DNA of 64,000 nt, taken from NCBI RefSeq assembly GCF_009914755.1, contig NC_060936.1; one strand, written 5' to 3'. A program made the translations under genes and the position numbers. The notes under the pieces were generated by a model. That model did no database searches and was not told where the DNA came from. It saw only the letters and a list, made by a program, of their open reading frames with translations. The DNA comes from the human T2T-CHM13v2.0 reference genome, Homo sapiens. Of this stretch, positions 49,554 to 64,000 are shown in pieces; the stretch's first letter is position 1, and every line of letters begins with the position of its first letter.

Positions 49554-51127
49554 TTACAAAGAGGGATGGACTCTTCAAGCTAGTGGTTTTTCTCCTAATT
49601 CATATTAGCCCCTGGGCTTGGAGGGTTCAGAGGGGAGAAAAGTGATTAAAAGCATGAACTGGAGCCAGCTGACCTGGGTTCAAGTCTTCATTCAGCCATT
49701 ACTGGCTGTGTGACCTTGGGCAAGTCACTTTCCCTCTCTGAACCTGTTTCCTTTCTGTGAGGATTAAACAGTTTACATTCATGTCACATGCTTAGAACAA
49801 GGCCTGTTTAATCATGAGCACTCAAGAAATGTCAGGTATTTTTTAAAAATATACATTAAAATGTAATAGAGACAGGGTCTCGCTATGTTGCCCAGGCTGG
49901 TCTCAAAGGCCTGGGCTCAAGCAATCCTGCCACCTTGGCTTCCCAAAGTGCTGGGATTACAGGCATGAGCCACTGCGGCTGGCCAGGTATTTTTATAGTA
50001 CTGTTTTCAATATTGTCCCCAATTTCAAGCTCAGAGTGGTTCCTTCTCCCAGCTAGTGGGTCCAGTCCTCCCCCCAGGGGCAAAGCCCAGCCACCCTGTG
50101 CTCCCATCTCCAGCAGAAGCCCCTTGCAATCAGTTCTCCTGGGTTATCCCAGGGCGGTGGCTGTGATCAGAGCTGATCACATTGCCAGAGCTGATCTTAG
50201 GAGAAGAGGCAGAGCCACAGGACTGGTGTGGCCCGGAGCCAAGGCAAGGCTGTGGCGGGCGGGCGGCCTCCCAGTTCGGGATGTTCCCAGCGCGTTCCCA
50301 CCGCTCACACTTGGAGGGAGAAGGACCTCAAAATAGCTGCTGCTTCCCCAGCACGGCGCTAGGCCAGGGACAGGAATAGACATCTGGGGGTGGCCGCTGC
50401 AGCCTCCCTCAAGGACCCTGGGGGGCTGGAAATAGGCAGAGGCCAGAACCCCACCAATGTGGAGGGGATGGTACAGCTGTCTATGTGCGGTGACCCGCCT
50501 GTGACAGTCCAGCCCATGGAGTGTGTTGCCCCAGCTGGGGCTAGCTGGTCAGTGGGTCACCAGCTGTAACCAGACACTGGCCATGGGCTGGATTGTTAAA
50601 CCAAAAGGGAGTGTCCTTCAGCACTGGCTCCTGTGATCCTCTCTGGGAAGGTGGGAAAACTAAGGCCCAGAGAAAGGTTCACATGCCTGAGATCATGCAG
50701 CTGATCTGTTTGGTGAGCAGCAGCCAGACTGACAGGAAAGGTAGGCCTTGGGGCTTTGAGAGCAGCGTAGGGCGGTGGTTAAAGGGTTGGAGGACTCAGA
50801 CTGCCTGGTTTAAATCCAGCCTCAGCTACCTATGTCCTGCATGCCCTCAGGCCTCAATTTCATCATCTATAAAATGGGCACAAGGAGAGTACCCACCTCC
50901 TTTAATGGTTGTAAAGACTGAGTGAATTATTCTTTGTACTGTTGTTATTGTGTTTTCCCCAGATTCCTTTTTTTGTTGAGACAGGGTCTTGCTCTGTCTT
51001 GCAGGCTTTGGTGCAGTGGCATGATCATAGCTCACTGCAACCTTGAACTCCTGGGGCTCAAGCGATCCTCCCATCTTGGCCTCCCATGTAGCTGGGACTA
51101 TAGGTGCATGCCACCATGACTGGCTAA

Positions 51128-51286
<159 letters not shown>

Positions 51287-51412
51287 TGAGCAGAGCGAAC
51301 ATCAGAGAGGTGAAGTCACTCCTCCAGGGTCACATAACTGGGAGGTAACAGAGCTAGGATTTGAAACCCAGTCTGCCTGCCTGCATAGCCCATGGAAGTA
51401 ACCACTGCATGA

Positions 51413-51598
<186 letters not shown>

Positions 51599-52401
51599 TA
51601 GTAGAGATGGCGTTTCACCATGTTGGTCAGGCTGGTCTTGAACTCCTGACCTCATGATCTGCCCACCTCGGCCTCCCAAAGTGTTGGGATTACAGGTGTC
51701 AGCCACCGCGCCTGGCCGGGATACTTTTTTTTTTTTTTGTGAGTCAGAATCTCACTCTGTCACCCAGGATGGAGTGCGGTGGTGCAATCATGGCTCACTG
51801 CAGCCTTCACTTCCCTGGGCTCAGGTGATCCTCCCACCTCAGCCTCCCAAGTAGCTGGGACTACAGGCATGCACCACCATGCCTGGCTAATTTTTTTTTT
51901 TTTTTGTATTTTGTGTAGAGATGGGGTTTTTCCATGTTTCCCAGGCTGATTTCAAACTTCTGAGCTTGGGTGATCTGCCTCCTCAGCCTCCCAAAGTGCT
52001 GGAATTACAGGCATGAGCCACTGTGCCTGGCCTGGGACATTCTTTATAGGGGAGACAGACATGTCGTTCACTTGTTACTGCCCAGGTGTTTGGCACTTGG
52101 AGGAGGACTCCACTCCCTCGGCCTGGACATTTATGACCTCAGCCCCCAGTGGTCCCTCCCTGACCTCTGCTCCAGGCCTCTCCAAGTGGCCAGGGCCTTC
52201 TTGGGAGAAGGGAGGCTCGGGGAAGCCCACAGCCCAACCTCACTCATGTACCAGTCTCATGTGAGATGTGAGGTCCCCAGCCTGCATTACAGAATTCCTA
52301 CCTCCCTTCCACTGGGTTTCCCTGAGTACTTACTGTGCCAGGCCTGCACTAGGCTCTGAGAACAAAAGAGGACTTTGTCCCTGCCCTGATATTGCTCACT
52401 A

Positions 52402-52747
<346 letters not shown>

Positions 52748-53489
52748 CTACTGCTCTTGTAAGAATGGGGGTAAACAGGTGCCTGGAGGAGGCACTTAAC
52801 TCAGCCCAGGTGGTCAGGGAAGGCTTCCTGGAGCCGGTGGTGTCTGAGCTGAGGCCTGAAGGAGAAAAAGAGCTAGGGGAAGAGAGAGGAGGTAGGAAAG
52901 AGTGCTGTAGGAAGAGGGAACTGCTTGTGCTAAGGAAGCGACGTGCTGAGTTCCGGGAACTGTGAGTTGTAGGGGATAGAGGTGTGGGTGAGGGGGACTG
53001 GGACTGCAGAGATGGGCAGGGACAGGTCCCTCAGGGCCTTGTTGGGCACACTGAATGCTTGGATACTGAGTGGACGGCTGAGAGAATGAGATCGGGAGCT
53101 GGAAGCTTCCCTTTGGCTGCAGGGAAGAATAGACCTCAGGCGGCTGGACTGGAGGTAGGGACCCTGGGGAGGAAGCTGCTGCCTGGAGGGAGACGAGAGA
53201 CTTGGATGAGGGTGGTGGGGATAGAGAGAAACGGGTGGCTTTGTAAAGTGTTTACAGGTAGAACTGGTTACCTCTTGCTGCACGATAAATCACCCCAAAA
53301 CTGTGTGCCTTAAAACAACAACACTGTTTTTTTCTCATGATTCTGTAGGGTGAGAGGGCAGTTCTGCATCACGTGGGGTTGCTGGGATGGCAGGAAGGTC
53401 CCAAGTGGCCTCACCCACGTGGCTGGCAGTCATTGTTGGCTGCCGGCTGGGTGCTCAGTTAGGGCTGTTGGTTGGGGGGAGCCTCAGCT

Positions 53490-56690
<3,201 letters not shown>

Positions 56691-57541
56691 TTGTTGTGTG
56701 TTTGTTTTTGAGACAGGGTCTCACTCTGTCGCCCAGGCTGGAGTGCAGTGGTACAATCTTGACTCACTGCAGTCTCCACCTCCCGGTACAAGTGACTCTT
56801 GTGCCTCAGTCCCCCAAGTAGCTGGGACCACAGGTGTGTGCCACCATGCCTGGGCAGTTTTTGTACTTTTACTAGAGACGGGGTTTCACCATGTTGGCCA
56901 GGCTGGTCTCAAATTCCTAACCTCAGGTGATCTGCCCGTCTTGGCCTCCCAAAGTGCTGGGATTACAGGCGTGAACCACTGTGCCCAGCCTCAATCTCTA
57001 CCTCTTGATGGGAGGTCAGCATGCCCTTATAGGGTGGCGGGGGAATGGTTGGGGGCCGTCTTTGGAGAGAGTCTACTACAGGAAGTTTTAGTAATCAGTT
57101 GGCTGTAAGAGGTTGGAGAGAAGAAGAACAGAAAAAGGCAGGCAGGGTATCATCCACATTTCTGGGTTGAGCCATTGGGCAGTTAGAGAAGCCTGGGGAG
57201 AAGCAAGAATGAGGTGAAGGAAATCAGTCACGGACATATTGAGTTTGAGCTCCTGTAGGCATCCAGGCCCCAGGAGCCCTGGGAATCAAATAAATGATAA
57301 ACAAAACATGGAAGGGTACTTACAAGGGCTTATTTAACAAATATATTCAATAAATATTTATGGAACACTTTATGCTAATACTACCTAACATTTATGTGAT
57401 GCTAGCCATGGGTCAGGTACTTTGCATTTAAAAAAAAATTGAGTTATGGCCGGGTGCAGTGGCTCACACCTGTAATCCCAGCATTTGGGGAGGCCGAGGC
57501 GGGCGGATCACGAGGTCAGGAGATCGAGACCATCTTGGCTA

Positions 57542-57727
<186 letters not shown>

Positions 57728-57762
57728 TCAAAAAAAAAAAAAAAAAAAAAATTGAGTTGTAA

Positions 57763-58197
<435 letters not shown>

Positions 58198-59636
58198 TAA
58201 TTTTCACATTGACCCTATGAGGTAGGTAGTGTGATTATTCCCATTTTTCAGATGATGAAACTGAGACTTAGGTGAAGCGACTTTCCCAAAACCACATGGG
58301 GATAGAGTCTGGACTCTAATTTAGGTCTATATGACTAGGAACGTGGATCCCTTTCCAGCCCACCAAGATTTCTCCCTAAGGCCAGACTCTTGACTCTCAG
58401 ACCCTCTGAGACCAAGCTGGGGAACACCCCATTCCCTCACTGAGCTGGGACTGGACTCAGACCTCTGGGGGGCACCCTGAGGGCAGGAGCTAGGTGGTCC
58501 AGCCTCCACTGGAGAATGGGAGCCCCTCATTTGTGGCTCTGTGGGAGGTACAGGGCCAGGGAGGATGTGGATTTAGGGTGAAGAGGGAAGAATGAGACGG
58601 GCCCTTCCATGTCCCCATCAGTCAGGGAGGGGGCCACCTGTGGGTGGTGCTGGCCGAGGCTACACGGCAGGTTGCAGCTGCACTCATTTCCCAGCAATGG
58701 GCCCCGGGGAAGATCAGCTTTGACCACGCCTCATCGACTTGATAGGGGAGAGGAGGGGAGCCACACCTGTCAGAACGACTTCAGGCCCTGCTTCCCAAGC
58801 ATCCCTCAGACCTGCCAGGAGGCTCCTGGGAACGTCTCCTGGGCCTCCTTCAGGAGGACAGAGGAGGCTCCCCCCCAACCCCACGTGTCTGCCCCGCGCA
58901 ACGCTCTGACCTCTTCTATCCTCTCCTCAAGTTAAAACTGACCTCCTCGCTCTTCTCCCAACCTGTGAAGCCCCTACTTGCCTCAGGGCCTTTGCACTCA
59001 ATGTTCCCTCCATCTGGAACCTTCTGCTTCCTGGATTTTGCATGGCAGCCTCAGCCTTCTCATGCGTCCTGGCTCAAATGTCACCTCTTTAGAGGGCTAT
59101 TCCCTGGACAAGTTGCCCTATTTAGTGCTCTCCTCACCAGCCAGCACAGTGGTGCCAGATGGCCTGGATTTGAATCACAGCTCCACCTGCTCCAATGCTG
59201 TGTGGCACTGGGCAGGTTACTTAACTTCTCTGTTAAGCCACAATTTCCTCAGCTGTAAGGTGGGAGTGGTGATTACAGCCTCATCGTGTGGTAGCAAGGA
59301 TCAAATTATTTAACATCTGTTGGCAATGCCTGACCCATAGCAGATGCTTTACACGTATTAGCTTTTATTCATGTAAATGCTTATCCCATGCTGAAATGAT
59401 TCTGGGTATTGATTTGTTTACTTCGTTTTTCCATCTCCCCCAATTAAAATGAGCCCCATGAGGCTGAGTGGGGTGGCTCACGCTTGTAATCCCAGTACTT
59501 TGGGAGGCCAAGGTGGTTGGATCACTTGAGGTCAGAAGTTTGAGACCAGCCTGGTCAACACGGTGAAACGCTGTCTCTACTAAAAATACAAAAAATTATC
59601 CGGGCATGGTGGCAGACACCTGAATCCAGCTACTCA

Positions 59637-59738
<102 letters not shown>

Positions 59739-61597
59739 TCAAAAAAAAAAAAAAAAAGAAAAAGAAAGAAAAAAGAATGAGCCTCGTGAAGATGGTGGTT
59801 TTTTCTGTTTTGTTCACCGCTGTATCCCCAGTACTCCAACACTGCCTGGCACACAGTGATAAATGCTGGTTGAATAATCAAATGAGTAAACCAGGTTACT
59901 AAATGTTGATTAACTAATTGAATAAATGAATAAACCGGGTGACTGGATTCTTCTACTTGTAGCTCCCCAAACGTGCCATGCTCACTCTCATTTCCCGACC
60001 TTTGCTTTTGCTGTTCCCTCTGCCTGGAACTATTCACCAGGAGAAGGGAGGGAAGTGACAAAGGGGAGATCACCTGGCAGTGGCCCAGGTCCCTCTCTTG
60101 TCCTCGTTTCACTGCTGCCTGCACCGGATACTCACCAGAGAACCAGGGAGCAAGAATCTAGACTCTCCAGGACTCGAGTCACCTGTTACCACCACTTGTT
60201 CTGCAACTGGGGAAACTGAGGCCCAGAGAGAGGAAAGAACTCAGCCAAGTTTCCATGCTCAAGGGCAGTGCTCGTCCCTCTCCACTGTACATGTCTCACC
60301 CGGAGACTGTTTCCCACGTGCATGCTGTATCTGCTCCCAGCATGGGGCCCAGAGAGAGGCGGTGGGTGAGGGGCTGCGCCCTGCCTGTGGGCCACTGCCC
60401 TCCTCCCTGCCCACTGAGGAGCGAGCAGGGTGGCCCGGGCTAGTGAATTCACATGCTCCTGACTTAGACTCACATGAGTCACCATCCTGACACTTTCACT
60501 TATTAGCCATGTGACCTTGGGCTCTCTGAGCCTTGGTTCACTACCCTGCAGAAAGAGGAGACAAAACCTAACCCTCTTCCTCCAGCATTGCTGGAAAGAT
60601 TTGTTTTGTTTTGTTTTGTTTTGTTTCTTGAGACAGTCTCTGTCACCCAGGCTGGAGTCACAGTGAATCTCAGCTCACTGCAACCTCCGTCTCCCGGGTA
60701 CAAGCAATTCTTATGTCTCAGCCTCCCAAGTAGCTGGGACTACCGGCACCTGAGACCACACCTGGCTGATTTTTGTATTTTTAATAGAGATGGGGTTTTG
60801 CCATGTTGGCCAGGCTGGTCTCCAACTCCTGATCTCAGGTGATCCACTCACCTCGGCCTCCCAAAGTGCCGGGATTACAGGTATGAGCCACCGGCAATCC
60901 CAGGAAATGAGCCCCTGGAAATATTTCTATTATAATAAAAGTTCACATGTATCGAGCACTTATCCTCAACTACCCTGCGGGGCAGGTATGAATTTTATCC
61001 CCATTTTCCAGATAAGGAAACTGAGGCTCAGAATGGGGAAATAACTCTTCGGAGGTCACACAGCTAGCAGGAAGTAGAGCAGGAATTCCAATCCAGGCAG
61101 GCCGACTTCAGAGCTCACATGCTTAGCCATATGAATGCATCAGGCATACAATAGTAGGCGCTCAATGGATATTAGCTACTGGTGGCCCTCTGACCAAGGC
61201 CCTAGGAAGAACTTGCTTTCATGTTGGCACCGTTTTCCAGGACAAACTCCATCTTTTGTTTATTTTCTTCCCCTCTAATCCCTGCTTGGAAACACAAGGC
61301 CTCTTAGCAGTCCCTCTCTGAGGGATTTTCGGATTATTCCCACCTTGATTAGTTCCAGTTTCTCCTGCAGAAGCAGGAGTTATTTTGGGGCCTTGATGGC
61401 TCCCTCTGGCTGCCTGTGACCTCCACCCCGTTGCAGACACCTCTCCCTTCACCTGCACGGCTCATTAGCCGCATTCTGCTGCTCGGCTGCTGCTTTCCGT
61501 GCCCGCAGTTCCCCGCCCTACCTCGAGGGCCAGCACCTGCTCCCCTCCTCCCGGACCCCACAGCCACTCCTGCCACCCCACTATTTTGCAGGGATAG

Positions 61598-61888
<291 letters not shown>

Positions 61889-62572
61889 TGAGCAAAAGCT
61901 CACACACCATTTGGATGCAAATGGGTTTGGCTGGTGTTCCCACTCCCTGTTCCTGTGGGAACCCAGTCCTCAATGTCATTCAGCCTGGGGCGGGAGCAGT
62001 AAAAACTCCCAAGGATGCATTTTATGTGATGTATATTTTACCACAATTAAAATAAAATTCCCAAGGGGTCACAGGACGCCTCCCCGCCTCTGCCACCATG
62101 TTATGTCGCCGTGCGTGGGGCCCACGTCACAGGCGTGGGGCGTGGGTTCTGTGGTAGCTGTCTGTTCTCTCTCTGCTCCTGGCTCTTCTTTCCAGCTCTG
62201 CGTTCTGCCTCTGCCAGGGCCGCCTGCAGGCCTTGCTTGCTTTTCAAAAATAACTCTTGAGTCTCTCACTGAGCTTGGGGGCTGCTTCCTGGGTGTCCCG
62301 GGCTGTGTGTTAATCCTTCCAATGCAAAACTTCCTGAAGCTTAAGACTCTGGGCTGGGCGAGGGAACTGGTCACCAGTGTCGGGCTGAAGTAGCTCAGAT
62401 ACTGACCTGCTGTTCCAGCACCTATGGTAAGGGCAGGTGGGTCCTTCCCAGTGACAGCAAGTCATTCATTCACTCATTAATTCAGATATTTATCAAGCAT
62501 CCACTAGTGCCTATTGGCTGCTGAGCACACCCCCAGGTGGCCCCTGTTGGTTTCCCATTTGCTCCTCTTTGA

Positions 62573-63107
<535 letters not shown>

Positions 63108-64000
63108 TCAAGGGATCCTCCTGCTTCAGCCTCTCAAAAGTGCTGGGATTACAGGCATGAGCCACCACGCCTGGCCAAATAGGGGCTCCTAAATTGGGGT
63201 GGCCATCAGTCCCAGTGGGAAACAGATGGCAAGCTCAAACTGGGTGACTTAAGGAAGGCTGACTAAAGGGATCATTTAGATGTGGACAGGGTGTACAGAA
63301 ATCGCAGGAGACAGTGCAGTGCCGAGACTGGTTACAATGGGAGGGCTGTTACCTCCTTAGGCATGGCAGGAGCAGTTCCCACTAGCCAGAAAGTTATGTG
63401 GAGAGGGTCACTTTAAGAGAAGCTGTTGGCCAGATGAGGTGGCTCATGCCTGTAATCTGGGAGGCCGAGGTAGGTGGATCACTCGACATCAGGAGTTCGA
63501 GACCAGCCTGGCCAACATGGTGAAACCCTGTCTCTACTGAAAATACAAAATTAGCCAGGCGTGGTGGCACGTGCCTGTAGTCCCAGCTATTCAGGAGGCT
63601 GAGGCAGGAGAATCGCTTGAACCTAGGAGGTGGAGGTTGCAATGAGCCAAGGTTGCGCCACTGCCCTCCAGCCTGGGTGACAGAGCAAGACTCTGTCTAA
63701 AAAAAAAAAAAAAAAAGAAAGAAAAAAAAAAGAGAAGCTGTGACCTTCTGTTAACCAGCCTGAGGTGCCCTTCAGGAGGAAGCAGTTGCATAAATACCCT
63801 GAGTCACTCCACCTTCTCCCTTCAGTCTCCTCCCGGGGGCTCCTCCTTGCCCAAACCAGATTAGAAGCCAGGGGATATGGAAGGCTGTTGAGTCTGAACA
63901 GCTGAGTCTCCTTGGGCACACGGCAGGCTGGGGAAGTGCCCCAGATGGGCAAATGGAGGATATCGGACCTCTTCCCTGCTAGTAGTAATGGGGGTAGGAA

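Noticed and set aside
60131-60186. Possible small - strand exon (cag|GTGACT...CTCTG|gtgagt)
   Set aside because: Good donor but no pyrimidine tract at the acceptor, which lies beside a MIR-like repeat; no partner exons found.

Overview
Alu-dense primate DNA, recognised from the encoded proteins as the human RNF10-POP5 locus (chr12q24 from memory, upstream of CABP1, which lies outside the window). + strand: RNF10 exons 2-17 with the 3'UTR. Exon 1 is upstream of the window. The 16 exons give 2279 coding nt with GT-AG junctions and continuous phase, which fits the 811-aa protein if exon 1 supplies 157 nt. - strand: the complete 5-exon POP5 gene (163 aa, RNase P/MRP subunit), tail-to-tail with RNF10, with its CpG promoter near 42.1-42.75 kb. 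Further right are a consensus CTCF site, an orphan CpG island with clustered homeodomain motifs and first-exon features, and a processed RPL11 pseudogene nested in old L2/MaLR/L1 repeats. Most ORFs in the supplied track are Alu artefacts. I found no convincing wholly new biological system. The best leads are (i) a ~190-bp copy of the exon 16/intron 16 junction, donor included, pasted into an LTR in intron 14; (ii) two inverted, locally templated copies among intronic Alus, one bracketing exon 3; (iii) a 483-nt, stop-free, in-frame RING module (exons 5-7) flanked by inverted Alus; and (iv) the orphan CpG island as a possible unannotated promoter and first exon. Repeat family names and boundaries were read by eye and are approximate.
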